Virus record (IMG/VR): IMGVR_UViG_3300029288_007050
Coordinates: 32,001-96,000 of that record
Origin: a virus
Lineage: Duplodnaviria > Caudoviricetes
Reading direction: 5' to 3' (one strand)
Length of the DNA: 64,000 nt
Made by a program: the position numbers and the translations under genes. This document shows positions 26,618-38,800 of this stretch, one piece after another (position 1 is the stretch's first letter; the number at the start of each line of letters is the position of its first letter). The notes below the pieces were generated by a model. The model did no database searches. It was not told the DNA's origin and was given only the letters and a program-made list of their open reading frames with translations.

Positions 26618-26890
26618 TTATTTCCTAAAATATTTTTTCTGTGCAAACTGACCACGTCGAGCCTGGTTCTCGATTTCCTTTTGTTGATGTCGTTCTTCTT
26701 GTTTCATTATTTCATTTAACATCTCCGTGGTGTATGCAGGAAGAGATTGAATGTCAGAATAATTCATTCCCAGATTTTGCCAGAATCTCTTTAATACGAA
26801 ATACTCGCTTAAAGAATCAGAAATAATCTTTTTCGAACTAAACGATAATACTACTTTTTTTAACTCTTCCGTTTTGTCTGCCCTAAAAAA
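26618..26890 (-). CDS. -1 frameshift extension of the tail assembly chaperone (gpT part of gpGT)
   Basis: slippery T TTT TTA at 26890-26884; the -1 frame is open to TAA at 26618 (…LGMNYSDIQSLPAYTTEML…). Confidence 0.8.
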   Translation of the reverse strand, partial: FFRADKTEELKKVVLSFSSKKIISDSLSEYFVLKRFWQNLGMNYSDIQSLPAYTTEMLNEIMKQEERHQQKEIENQARRGQFAQKKYFRK

Positions 26891-27174
26891 TCTAATGTTT
26901 TAGTTGCAGAATCCATCAAAAACATAAAGTCTTTAGCTGGTAGTTTGCCAAGATTCTCTTTGTTTATTTCTAGAGGTTCGTCTTTTTCATTAACAAAAGA
27001 CCACGACTTTATCAGATATCGAAGTGTCTCGATACCACGGTCGTAGTCACTATCAGATTTATTGAGAATCCCTATTTGTTCTGTTAGCAAACCATCATAT
27101 AGTTCGACTTCTACGTCTGGATACGATGGAAGCATTACTTTGTTTACTTTTCTTATGTCAAATAATTTTGTCAT
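26860..27174 (-). CDS. tail assembly chaperone (gpG-like)
   Basis: between tail tube and TMP; IKSWSF...PLEI...L motif. Confidence 0.8.
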   Translation of the reverse strand: MTKLFDIRKVNKVMLPSYPDVEVELYDGLLTEQIGILNKSDSDYDRGIETLRYLIKSWSFVNEKDEPLEINKENLGKLPAKDFMFLMDSATKTLDFLGQTKRKS

Positions 27175-27290
27175 GTTGCTTTTCAGACCGAGAAAAGCAG
27201 TTTGGACATTTTAAGAACTCAAGAATATCTTGAATCCGAATGTTTTGAAAGTTTTTTAAACTTCAAACCAAACACCTGTCTCAGTCAAGA

Positions 27291-28292
27291 TTAATAGTTA
27301 GCTGTTGTGTTAGTAATCTTGATTTGTATACTTTTTGTTTCGTCGGGATCGTATTCCGCTACGAATGTTGGGCTTTCTGTTATGAATCCAGAGATTGAAG
27401 TATCTGTTGCTCGATCGCTTAAGTGAAAGTTAGGTATTCGAATTTCTATCTGTTCATTTGAAGGCACTGTTCCAATTGAATCACCCGTGAACGTAACGAT
27501 CATTGCTGTAACGGGATCAGATCCATTGAGTAAAGTTTCGTAATGAACTCTATCAGTAGTGTTTTCGTAGAATAAAACATATTCTCCTTCGATTTCTAAC
27601 TGTCCCCAAGAAACCTGAGCTGCATCGTTATCTCCACTTAAGTATTGCACTTCAGCGTTGTTGTTGATTCTAAGTGTAAAACTTCTTACTGGTGTAGCAG
27701 AATTTCCAGCAGCATCAGCAAGAGCAGCCGTACCAGTTGCACCACTTCCAAATTTTATGTTGTAGTCTTTGAATGCAAGCACTCTCTCTTCAGTCACTGC
27801 TTGAGTACCAGTACCAGAAGTAGGAAACTTAGAAAGGAAATTCGCTGAAATTGTTGCAAGTCCGTCTGATACGTTGAATTCTAGAGTATTAACTGTAGCA
27901 TAAGTATATTTTCTAGTGTCTTGAGTGTCATTGTAGATAACAGTCATTGAGCGAGGTGGGTTGCTTGTTTTTCTAGTAATAGTGTGTTCATAAACTGCAG
28001 ATTCTCCAGAAGCAGTTGTTGACGAGACAGTACCAAGAGCTGCATATAACAGATATGCTGCATTTTCAGCATCAGCGTATATTTCAATATCTCCTTCACC
28101 GTGTTTTGGACCTTGAACTGCTCCCCATACTCTTTCTCTAACTCCTTTTGCTGCTTCATCAACTATCGGTTCTTGCATACCTCTAATCGTGCATGTGACG
28201 AATGGAAGATATTTCGAAGCTGCTACTGCGATACCTGGCGTTCCTTCAATACCTACTCCGACGAATGGTTCACGTCCGATTTTTATAGACAT
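27291..28292 (-). CDS. major tail tube protein
   Basis: GIEGTPG N-terminus, beta-rich, position upstream of the chaperone. Confidence 0.85.
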   Translation of the reverse strand: MSIKIGREPFVGVGIEGTPGIAVAASKYLPFVTCTIRGMQEPIVDEAAKGVRERVWGAVQGPKHGEGDIEIYADAENAAYLLYAALGTVSSTTASGESAVYEHTITRKTSNPPRSMTVIYNDTQDTRKYTYATVNTLEFNVSDGLATISANFLSKFPTSGTGTQAVTEERVLAFKDYNIKFGSGATGTAALADAAGNSATPVRSFTLRINNNAEVQYLSGDNDAAQVSWGQLEIEGEYVLFYENTTDRVHYETLLNGSDPVTAMIVTFTGDSIGTVPSNEQIEIRIPNFHLSDRATDTSISGFITESPTFVAEYDPDETKSIQIKITNTTANY

Positions 28293-28297
28293 GTTCG

Positions 28298-28525
28298 TTA
28301 TTTTCTATTAATTGTTCTCGTATTCTTTGTTCGACCTTTAGGTTTCAAAGTTTCTTCTTCAGCTTTAACAGTAGAAGCCTTTGGAAGAATTTCTTTTATC
28401 GAATGATTCCCAAGAAGTTCAGTCGCTAATTCGTTCGTGACTTCTTTGATTTCTTCTGGTTCGATGACTAGATCAAATTTCGGGAAAACTAATTTTTTAT
28501 TGCTTTTGTTGATTATTTTTTTCAT
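28298..28525 (-). CDS. hypothetical protein
   Basis: 75 aa ORF in operon. Confidence 0.55.
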   Translation of the reverse strand: MKKIINKSNKKLVFPKFDLVIEPEEIKEVTNELATELLGNHSIKEILPKASTVKAEEETLKPKGRTKNTRTINRK

Positions 28526-28688
28526 CTTCGTCTTGTATAGTTATGTCTTTATTTAATTTGTTCAACCATATCGTGAAGTAATTATAGACATTGTCATTAT
28601 AGCATTTAATCTCAATTTCTAGTTTGTCACCCCTAATTCGATATTTGAACTGAAGTTGATGACATTTTTTACATCTAAATTGTCCCAT
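28497..28688 (-). CDS. Com-like zinc-ribbon protein
   Basis: FRCKKCHQLQFK...IEIKC resembles Mu Com. Confidence 0.55.
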   Translation of the reverse strand: MGQFRCKKCHQLQFKYRIRGDKLEIEIKCYNDNVYNYFTIWLNKLNKDITIQDEDEKNNQQKQ

Positions 28689-28693
28689 AGTTT

Positions 28694-29161
28694 TTATCGA
28701 GAAATAAGATATTCTATTTGTAAATGCGCTACAACTTCAAGAGTGATGAGATCTTCAGTTCTTCGTCTGACAGTGTAATCTATCGAAGAAATATTCTTAA
28801 TGTTTCTATTCGTACCGAGATCTAAGTTGTCACGGAGAACACCAAGAATCGACGCTGGGTCGATACCTCCTGATGATAATTCTGCTTCCATAGTATCCAT
28901 CAGGAAAACAGTACCAACCATTTTATCTGGTGTTGCATCAAAATATTGTCTAGCGTCGATGACAAGAGAAACATCGATGTTATGCGTATGAGAATCTCTT
29001 TGATTGTCAAGAACATTTGATTCTGTGCTAATCGGATTTAACATTATGCAAGGCATCGAGCTTTCTGGTAAAATCCAAGGGTCACCGATGTAAAAAGCTT
29101 TTACTTTACCTCTCAGTTTTGTTTCTAGTTTTGTTTTTAGTAATTCAATGCTTTTTTTCAT
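28694..29161 (-). CDS. tail terminator/completion protein
   Basis: size, position before the tube gene, P...MPCI motif. Confidence 0.6.
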   Translation of the reverse strand: MKKSIELLKTKLETKLRGKVKAFYIGDPWILPESSMPCIMLNPISTESNVLDNQRDSHTHNIDVSLVIDARQYFDATPDKMVGTVFLMDTMEAELSSGGIDPASILGVLRDNLDLGTNRNIKNISSIDYTVRRRTEDLITLEVVAHLQIEYLISR

Positions 29162-29664
29162 GCTTGACCTGCTTTATATTTTTGTATTAAACCATTTATC
29201 CAAGTTTCAAAAGTTGAACCAACCATTTGCACACGTTTATCGTCTACATCAGCCAATACTCTTTTTGGTACTTTTCTTTCTCTGCCCCGGAATAAAACAG
29301 TGCCTCCCTCTTGATGAACTATCGCGTAATCAGTGTTATTGTATATATTTGATTGTTTTTTACCAATCAGATTAAAACCAAAACTTCTTTTAAGCAAACC
29401 TGTTCTCAAAAGAGGTTTTTCAACTCCAACAGATTTGCCTTGTTTTCGTAATTCTCTTTTGATAGCTACAGTAGCTGGACTTAAAGGTTTCCAAGGTTTT
29501 GAAAAAGTTTTACCTTCATCTGTAAAGTTGCTAGAAATAGCATTCATATATGATTTCGATGCAAGATTCAAGGGCGTCGACATGTCTTGAAATTCTTTCT
29601 GAAGACTCTTCATAACGCTCACTGTTTCTTTGTCACCTTTTATTGTAATTCGTATCGTAGCCAT
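29158..29664 (-). CDS. virion morphogenesis protein (Mu gpG-like)
   Basis: WKPLSPAT, LLRTGLLKRS, YAIVHQEGG, PKR. Confidence 0.85.
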   Translation of the reverse strand: MATIRITIKGDKETVSVMKSLQKEFQDMSTPLNLASKSYMNAISSNFTDEGKTFSKPWKPLSPATVAIKRELRKQGKSVGVEKPLLRTGLLKRSFGFNLIGKKQSNIYNNTDYAIVHQEGGTVLFRGRERKVPKRVLADVDDKRVQMVGSTFETWINGLIQKYKAGQA

Positions 29665-29679
29665 ATTATTCTGCTTTTA

Positions 29680-30675
29680 TTATACGAAACCAGTGTCTTT
29701 CAATTTTGTTCTGCGAGAATCAGATAAAGGCTCTGTTGGATCTGTGAATTTGAAATGTTCATCATTAAGATTGAAAAGTTCTCCCCTATCTTCAACATTC
29801 TCATCATAAGTATTGCTTGATGAAGCCATCACGTCAGTTCTTTTCAAAAGTTCTGAACCGTCTTCACCTATAAGAATTATCTTTCCATCTCTGATTTTTT
29901 CTAACAATTCTTCAGCTCTTTCAATTTTACGTTGACCAGTTTTTGATATTTCAACGTCAGCTTCTAATCCATACTCTTTCGCTAACAAATTTCCAGCTGC
30001 TAGCAATGTAACGATATGTTGAAATAATTTTGGTGAAGAACTAAATGGTAGCTGGTAGACTCCAACTACTGCTCCATCTGCTTGTGCTTCAGCTTCAGTT
30101 CTAAATCTATCAACTAGATCAGAACCGATATAGGAATTATTCTGAAAACCTGCTTCTACTTTGATTTTATATATCGATGTATAATGTTCTGTGTCTCCAG
30201 CTTTCGTTGCGACAGCATCGTCTAATGAAGATTCAGTTCCAGTCGTCGAATTATAATATGTTGATTTATACCAAGAAGACGATGTTCCAGATGAATCTTC
30301 AAATTCAGTACCTTCTGGTTGATCAACTTGAATATTTACTGGAGAGCCTTCTGAAGAAAGATGAGAATACGTTCCATCTTCTGTTGAACTTCTATAGAAT
30401 TTTCTTTGATTATATCTGATTACTTGTAGTTGTGTGCCTTTAGCATGTGCAATAGTTATAGCTGAAGCAAGAGTAATAGAATTCGTGCTTGTCGAAGATA
30501 TCTTCAATAATTCTGCAATCTCAGAACCAATTATGTCGACTACAAGATAATCAGCCGATGCAAAACCCTGTGAATTTTCTACAGATAAAGAGGTCTGACC
30601 AGCTGCTTCATCAGCGCTAAGATAAGTTTTTTCGCCTAATACGACTTCTTCAATTGGCGCTACTAATATTTGCAT
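29680..30675 (-). CDS. head-tail adaptor (Mu gp36-like C-terminus) with N-terminal extension
   Basis: YTS...EAEAQADG...YQLPF...LAAG.L...AEELLEKIRDG. Confidence 0.65.
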   Translation of the reverse strand: MQILVAPIEEVVLGEKTYLSADEAAGQTSLSVENSQGFASADYLVVDIIGSEIAELLKISSTSTNSITLASAITIAHAKGTQLQVIRYNQRKFYRSSTEDGTYSHLSSEGSPVNIQVDQPEGTEFEDSSGTSSSWYKSTYYNSTTGTESSLDDAVATKAGDTEHYTSIYKIKVEAGFQNNSYIGSDLVDRFRTEAEAQADGAVVGVYQLPFSSSPKLFQHIVTLLAAGNLLAKEYGLEADVEISKTGQRKIERAEELLEKIRDGKIILIGEDGSELLKRTDVMASSSNTYDENVEDRGELFNLNDEHFKFTDPTEPLSDSRRTKLKDTGFV

Positions 30676-30681
30676 AGTATC

Positions 30682-32826
30682 TTATTTCCTTTTGAATAAA
30701 TATATTTTATTATTTTTTGAAAACATATAGACTCTTCTTTTCAGAGGTTCTACTTCTCCAGTTTCTTTAAGTTTTTCAGAAACAGTCATCATGTCTGATA
30801 TCGATAAGTTGAATTCAGCTAAATGAGATAAAGAGTCAGATAAGCTTTCATTATCTATTATACCAATAGAAATTGATTTTGAAAATTCATCCCTAATATC
30901 AACTCTATCAGTCAGAGTAGATTTCGAATCGAATGATACTTCTTCATATACAATAATAACAGTGTCTAGTTTTTTATCAGAGACAAACTTTATAGAATCG
31001 ACGATTGAAATCGTTTCATATAGTTTTTTTAGAATATTGACATCGGGTTTCGAAGAGTCTAAAAACTGAACGCTGTCAATAAAACTTTTATAAGAAGAAA
31101 AAGTTAGAGATTCTAAAGTATTCAAGACGTCAGTTAAATTCATAGAAATGTTCTGAAATATCGTTTCTGAGACATTCAATACGTCTGATTTCTTCATATT
31201 CAAAGCTTTCTTAAGAGCTTCAGTAATAGAAACTCTTTCTTGTCTCTTGATTTCAAGAGACTTGAATAAACTTTCTGAAAAAGATAGAACTTCCGTTTCA
31301 TAAAGTTCAGCTAGAGATTTCTGTTCTTCAGTCAATAAAGTACTGTCTGAAAAAATACGCGCGAATTCTGATGTCAGAATATTGAATTCCTGGATAATCA
31401 TGTTCTCAGAAATGTTTTTATCAATTGCTTTTTTAAATTGTTCAGAAATTAATAAATTTTCTGTCTGTTTCTGGTCAGTCACCATAAATAAATCTAAACT
31501 TTCGACGATCGAAAACATCTCTGAAAAAGTCTTTTCAGATTCTTTAGACAATGCCTCAGCTAGCGTAGAAATATCAATAATTCGCAATTTTGATTCTGAT
31601 ATTTTTGAAAAAGATTCTAAAATCGATAGAACGGCTGAAAAAGAAACATCTGTCTTTTTAGATAAAGCTTCAGCAGCAACGATTAATTCAATAAAGTTTT
31701 GTTTGTAGTCGAATATTCTTGTCAAACTTTCAACAAAAGTAATATTTTCTATTAAACATTTTGAATACTCAGATTTTCTCAATAAAGATTCTGTTATAGT
31801 CAAAGCAGAAGAAAATGAAATGTTTGTTGTCTTCTGCAAAGTTTCAACAATATTTAAAGTTTCTAAAATCATTCTCTGGTATTGTATTGATTTTGTCAGT
31901 GCTTCAGTAATCGATACTGAATTTAGTAACGATTTCTTATATTCCGAAGTTTTTTCAGTAGATTCTGCAACAAGCAATGTTTCTTCTAATGTTTTGCCAG
32001 TCTCTTTTGATAAGCTTTCTGAAATGTTTAGAGTGTCTTCTAATATCTTTTTAAATGCGAATAGTAATGGTTCAGTCTCTTCTATTGAAAATGTTTCTGA
32101 AAAAGATTCCCCGAATTGTCTTATTAAACTTTCATTGATATCAAAATTACCCGTTAAACTTCTCACATACGCAGATTCTTTTAATAAAGAAGCAGTTATG
32201 TTCAAAGCCTGAATAAACGAAACGTTTGCTGCTTTTTTTATATCTGTCTCAGTAAAAATAATAACGTCAGTTAAATCTGCAGATCGACCGATACTTTCTG
32301 ATGTCGATTCATCTAATGCAAAACTATCGTCTAAACTTTGTTGATATGCAGTATAAGGAGTATAATATATTTTTACTAATAATTGATCTATGTATATAGT
32401 CTGTCCAGTCTGTGCTGAAATTATTCGTATGCTATAATTAGCATTGCTAAAGTCAGAAACAACCCAACCCGTCTTACCCCATTTGCTAGTTGAACCGCCT
32501 AATACTTCTGTTTTGTCAGGCGTATTTCCCATATACCCGATACCTTCATAAGTCCATTCTGAGCTGCTATTTTTCCAAATTTGAACATATATCGAACCTG
32601 GTGCAGCTGTGCAATAACCCTCTAATGATACTTCTATGCCATTTATTATGTTATCACCAGTTATGCCAAAATCGAATGTTTCATAAGATTGAGAATTTGC
32701 ATCATAATCACCATCGCTATATTTAGAAGCGTATGTGCCTTCACTAGAATATGCGTTTTGAGGATCTGTCCAAGTATTCATTTTTGCACCCGTCGCTGTT
32801 GGTGCTTTCCATCCTGTGTCTGCCAT
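30682..32826 (-). CDS. large structural protein with ~20-aa Ser/Glu repeats
   Basis: beta-rich N-terminal domain, then many LxExLxIxExLxK-type repeats. Confidence 0.7.
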   Translation of the reverse strand: MADTGWKAPTATGAKMNTWTDPQNAYSSEGTYASKYSDGDYDANSQSYETFDFGITGDNIINGIEVSLEGYCTAAPGSIYVQIWKNSSSEWTYEGIGYMGNTPDKTEVLGGSTSKWGKTGWVVSDFSNANYSIRIISAQTGQTIYIDQLLVKIYYTPYTAYQQSLDDSFALDESTSESIGRSADLTDVIIFTETDIKKAANVSFIQALNITASLLKESAYVRSLTGNFDINESLIRQFGESFSETFSIEETEPLLFAFKKILEDTLNISESLSKETGKTLEETLLVAESTEKTSEYKKSLLNSVSITEALTKSIQYQRMILETLNIVETLQKTTNISFSSALTITESLLRKSEYSKCLIENITFVESLTRIFDYKQNFIELIVAAEALSKKTDVSFSAVLSILESFSKISESKLRIIDISTLAEALSKESEKTFSEMFSIVESLDLFMVTDQKQTENLLISEQFKKAIDKNISENMIIQEFNILTSEFARIFSDSTLLTEEQKSLAELYETEVLSFSESLFKSLEIKRQERVSITEALKKALNMKKSDVLNVSETIFQNISMNLTDVLNTLESLTFSSYKSFIDSVQFLDSSKPDVNILKKLYETISIVDSIKFVSDKKLDTVIIVYEEVSFDSKSTLTDRVDIRDEFSKSISIGIIDNESLSDSLSHLAEFNLSISDMMTVSEKLKETGEVEPLKRRVYMFSKNNKIYLFKRK

Positions 32827-32846
32827 AATTATGTAGTTAACATATT

Positions 32847-35800
32847 TTATTTAGTCAATAAAATCGTCTTACCACGTTTTGATTTAGTCATGAGCGGAGT
32901 AAATTCACCGAGTGGTTCTGATTCATATAGACGAATAGAATCTGCTAAAGCAAGCGCGTCTGAGAAAGAAACACCATATTGTTTAGACAATGTCTCTACT
33001 AAAGATACTTGGTCTACTAAATCGACACCGTAGATATTTTCTTCTCGAATATTTTCATCTATGTTAAAAGTTTCAAATATCGATTTGTCAAGTTCTTTAA
33101 CGTCTTCTTCAGATATAATAAGAATTTCTCCGTGTGGTATTGTCATTCCTTTCTTGATCGTTTCACTAAGAGCAAGAAGATCTGTTATAGTCAGATACTT
33201 AGGCACTAAGATCGAGATGTTTTCATCAAGCAAAAGAGATTCATTCAAAGAACGCTGAAAGATGCTTCTAGAGCTCATTGAATCAACAAAGCTGATGTTC
33301 TCAACCTTCTGTTTTGTTGCTTCCTTAGAGAGTGCTTCAGAGAATACTATTAGATCTGCGTTCTGGAGGCTAAATATTCGTTTGATGCCTTCTGATATTT
33401 GAATCGTTTCTTGTTTGTTTATTTCTTGTATTTTTATGAAAGATTCTAATATCGTTAATGCTTCAAATCTATTTAAGTTAAGAGATTTTATCAATGCTTC
33501 AACAAACGAAATCTGTTCATTTCTAGAAAGAGCAATGTTTTTAATAGAAAGATCAGTTAAACCAAACTCTGTCGACTGACGTGAGTCAAACATTTTGATT
33601 ATATTTTCTAATAATTCCACACTATCTGTAAAAGATCTCGAAATGACTGAAGTAGTTAAAATGTTTTCAACAATGATTAGACTATCTTTAAGAGGTAATC
33701 TCTGGTTCTGCGTTATAGATTCAGCTATTGCAAGAACTTCTGTCAATGTCTTTTTGTATGATGATAACGTATTTAGTATTTCTGCTAAAGTCACAGAATC
33801 TGATAAAGAACGCTCGCTGGCAAATGCTCTTGTAAATATATCGATAAACGAGAACGAATCAGATAAAGAAACACCTGTCGTCTTGGAAAGGGTTTCTGTT
33901 AGAATCAGAGAACTCGCCAATGCTTTAAACGTTTCGGATCTTGTTGCTTTTACTTCACTGAGCAGAACGTCGTCTGACAATATCTTGTTAGTTAGCGTTT
34001 TATAGACGTCTGCAATGATTAATGAATCGATATTCTTTTTAATGAACTCCTTTTCTAGAGTTTCGCTCATAGATAAACTATCAGATCTAGACGAACCCAC
34101 CGCACTAGAGTGATTAAGTATCTTAGGCGCACCTTCTTGTGACCATGTAGCTCCATATCGAGTGCCATTATTTCCTTGTCCAGAACTGTCTGCCACTAAA
34201 TCACCTGAACCAGCATCCATGTTCCATAAACCTCTTAATCCTGTTTCGTTTTGGAAGATTCCTTGATAATGCTGGAAGATTTCATTCGAAGACAAAGCTC
34301 TATTATAAACGCGTACTTCATCTATATTACCAGAGAACAAATCGCCCATCTTCAACACCGTTGCATTTGTGTTTATAGCACCAGATAGTAGAGAAGAATT
34401 CTTCAATATGCCATCTATAAAGAGACGTTGGTATGCGCCATCGTATGTTAATACATAATGATGCCACTGCAATGGAGTCGCAATTGTCGTAGAGATTTCT
34501 ACATTATTTATATATCCCTTTAATGAAGTTCCGGTATCAGTCATTTCTAATGAATATGCGTCATGTCCTTTGTTGATGATCTGTTTGTTTGCTCCTGGTT
34601 CTACATATTCGATAATCAGTTTGGGAGCATAAGTAGAAGAACCATCGTAAGAATATCCAGCTCTTCTAGCAGCAACAACGTGATCACTTCTATCATCGAA
34701 ATCTTCCCAAAATATCATGATGTCATTTCCAGAAACCCAACCTTCTCTATCGACTATTTCTTTTATGACAGTTTTTATTTCGGGACTATCGTATTCTAAA
34801 TTAGTCGTCCACTCTGGAATATCGTCCCAATCAACTCTAGTAAGAGTCCTATTAGCCCAGCGAGAATCAAACACATCTGCATCGTCTAAGAAAGTATCAG
34901 CATCATCAACATTCTCTGCGCTTATTCTAGTTCTAACGACTCCCCCCGCGTATGATGCGTAGGCTCTTAAATGTAAATGAGTACCATCAGAAATCGTCGC
35001 TCCTTTCGGGATAGTAATGTTCGTAAAGCGCATACCAGATCCATACCTTGAAGCAGTGCTGTGTGCGCCAGCCCATACGTTAGCAAATATCAAACTAAAG
35101 AACCACGGATCAAGTCTTCTATTTGCATCATCAGTACTCTGCCCTACCTGCCAAGTTGGGTCGATTTTAATCTCTCCTTTAGCTTTTCTAGACAATTTCT
35201 CCAACCGTTCTGTAAGTATTCCATTTTTAAGAGTTGTTTCTATTTCATGAGTTCCTTCTTCATCGAAAGCACGAGTAGCAAAAGGTATTTTCCCAGTGAC
35301 TTTAAACTTAGCTTCGAATGGAAGATCAGACGAAGAAATAGAATGTCTGAAACTAATCTTATTCGTCTCTGGTATTATTTCGAACTCTGAACTATTACTC
35401 TCTAGCAATTCAATTGAAGAAATTTCGCCAGTCTTCTTATCTCTAATAGTAGCTTTGTTGCCATTTCTAGTTAATTCGTATGGTGCTTTAGTAATCTTAT
35501 TATTCTTCCATGTCAAGTCAATGTCTTTCCACTCTTCATTAGAATTCTTGTAATCGTCTTTGTAATGAATAGCACCCATACTAGTTTCTAGACGATTCTT
35601 ATTATTTGCTACTCTGAATGTCTTGCTATTTTCAGTTCTAAGAGACGTCAGTTCATTAGTAAACACCGGATCTTTAGCCCATGCTTCGAGAGTGATTGCG
35701 TCTGTGATGTCTAAACTTGCAGCATTTCCAGCATCGACATAGTCATCGATGCCATCAAAAGACAATGAACCACCTAATCTGTTAATCCATGCTGTGTCTG

Positions 35801-38800
35801 ATAGTATTTTGAACGTTGATGACGTTTTGATTATACTTTCAAGAATATCAAGAGCTTCTGATTTCGATATATTTGCAGTTTTAGTTAAAGATTCTATAAA
35901 CGATTCTGAATCAAACAGATGTTTTTCTGAACCAGACCATTTCTGTAAAACTTCGACAAAAGCAAGTGATTCTGATAATCGAATATCAGAATGTTTAGTA
36001 ATAATTTCTGTTAAAGACAAAACTTCTGATAAAGTTCTTTCAAAGACAGACACTGGTGCATAAAATTCGACAAGAGCGAAAGAATCATCTAGTTCTTTTT
36101 TAGTTTCTACTATTCTAGAAACTAAATCAACTAAGACGATGCTATCATTTTTAGACAACCCAGTAGATTTTTGAACAGATTCTATTATAGAAAATGATTC
36201 GAGGAACTTTCTAGAAGTGCTAGAAGCTGGAACTATCAAATCTACGAAGTTCACAAAATCATTGAGATGTTCGGAAGATTCTCTTGCTAGAAGATCTATT
36301 AAAGATAACTGTACTGGTATATCAAGAAACACGTTTTTCGATGGAGAATCTGTTTGCAATAGAGTAATGTTTTCGATTAGTTTTTGCAAAATGTTTGACG
36401 TGTGTAATTCTGTTATTGTCAAAACTTCAGATTTATAAAAACTGTTAAGCTTGTGCAAAGATTCAAGGAACGATAAAGTTTCTTCTAAAGATTTTCCAGT
36501 AGACTTTGATAATGTTTCTGCAAGAGATACAACTTCAGTTAAATTGCGATCGAAGACGTTGACAGATTGTAAAAATTCTGTGATGCTAACAGCATCGGTT
36601 ATTATTCTTTCAAAAGCAGACGTTCTAGCAATATTGTCTGTCAGATCAATATTTTCGAATTTTGACCGATTGAACGTTAAAACGTTCGATGCACTTTCAA
36701 TCAAAGACAAAGTCTCGTCTTTAGATAAACCAAATTCTTTCTTAAATGTCTCAGTCAACATTAATGTTTCTGCTAAAGATTTAGTAGACTCTCGTTTCAA
36801 AAAAGAATCAGACAGAATTTCTAAATCTGAGAACGCTTTGAGAATTTGTTTAACTCTACTTTCTGTAATTTCAACAGATTCAGATTCTACTTTATCAACT
36901 CCTTTAACTGGATTTTCAGTAGTCGCTTCAACCATAAACGTAGATGGATACATTGAATAAGGTGAATTCGATGCACTTCTTCTCACGTAATGCATTTCTA
37001 CACCCGGCACTAATACAGACATCTCGTGAGTATTATAAGCATATTGTAATGACGTGTTAGCGTTTGTGTTATTACCAGCGTGTCCAATCAATGAAGTTGG
37101 AGCAAAAGAATGATCTAAATCTGGTGTAGTCGAAAGGTACCAACTAGATTCGGTTCCTGTTGTGCTGCTTCCAACAGCTGACTTAACGTTAATACTTGGA
37201 TGTTGTATTACGAACCAGTTGAAAGTGCCGTGATCTCCACTAGAATAATAAAGCCACTTATGGAAATGTAAATTAGTTGGAGACGTAATATACAAACGAC
37301 CAAAAATAATACCAGGATTAGTGTCGTAGTTCTGCATTCGCTGATTGAAAAGAACAAATGATTTCGTCGTATCTATGCGATTGATAGTTTCGTCCATATT
37401 CTGGACTGAACCTGTCCATTGTTTTTCTCCACTTTGCACATAAGCTCCCTCCCATTCGACGACGTATACTCGAACAACTGTTTCAGACCCACCGCTACCT
37501 CTCATAAGATTAACGTTTGTAGTCGAAGTAAACTTTGCTCCAACTAGACCGCCTAAAACACCAGTAAATGAAGTTCTCATTGTTATCAAAAGAAACGCTT
37601 TAGATAAATCTACTTCAGATACCGACTGGTTGTCTTCAGTGTCAGCTGTTAAAGTTTTTTCAAACGTTTGTACTGTAAAATTACGACCAGTGATTACTTG
37701 CCAGCAATAAATTGCTGTAGTGTCTGTTGTATAAGATCTTCGAATGTATAACTGAGTATAGTATCCATCAACTTCGTTTTGCAGAGTAGCAGTCGCTAAT
37801 GTTCTTGATGTTCTATAGTTATCGCTTCTAACAGATACGATTGGAAAGCTTCTTCCGACTGGCACAGGTGTAGCGAGATCAATAGTTGCAGTAGCCACTC
37901 CAGCAGATAAAGTTTGAGTGCCTCTTTGTACGTCGAATTCTTTGGGACTAAGATGTAACGCATCTATTATCTTCTTAGTCATTCCAGTCTTCCTAAGTTC
38001 TGCTAAACTTAGATTGTCAATTTTCTGTTTAGTCGATGCAGATTTAGAAGCTTCTAGTATTGACGAACTTTCATTTTTCAATATTGTAAATTCAGATCCA
38101 GTTTTTTTAGATTCATCCATAGACAAAGAATCAGACGGTGATAATTTCCAACCTGGTGTATCAAACACCCAACCAGAATTACCCGTGGTGTTGTTAGAAT
38201 TGACACCTGCATACCAAGTATCTGCTGGTGTAGCAGCTGAATATGATATATCAAGATAATCACAAGATATCTGTCCACTACCAGATTTTATTAAATTCCA
38301 AGTTCCATCACTTAATAAAGTAATCATGTTTCCAACAGTGCCGACAGCATCAAAATTAGTAATAGTTTGTGAGTATCCACTCCAGAACCATAATGTTAAA
38401 CCTGGTTCTACTTTTAAAGTAGTAATAGAATTCGAATAGAGAATATAAGCATAATCAGTACCACTAGAATATACCCAGACTGTCGGATAAGTCACTCCAG
38501 TACCATTATCATTTAAAAAAACACCAGCAGTGCCTACCAATTTGATTGTCGAAGTCCCAGTGTCTAAAGTCAAGTTACTCGAAGTTACATACCAATAGCC
38601 TAATTGCCACATTCCACTACCCATATGTATTGTGCGCGTAGATGAAGTAACCGACTGAAAGCCACCCGACAAAGTTAGATCATGATTATTAGCATCAAAA
38701 GTGCCTTCTTGATGATCGATACTTATACCGACAAAATCATCAAGTAGTTGAAAAGTCGCGTCAGAAACCAATGCTAACGTCGACACAGACACTGTGCCAC

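Noticed and set aside
34593-35666. Insertion in the LamG domain considered as an intein or intron
   Set aside because: No Cys/Ser start with His-Asn end, no homing endonuclease motif, and the frame is uninterrupted.
31382-38259. Many + strand ORFs inside the two giant structural genes
   Set aside because: Antisense frames left open by the repetitive codon pattern; no independent signals.
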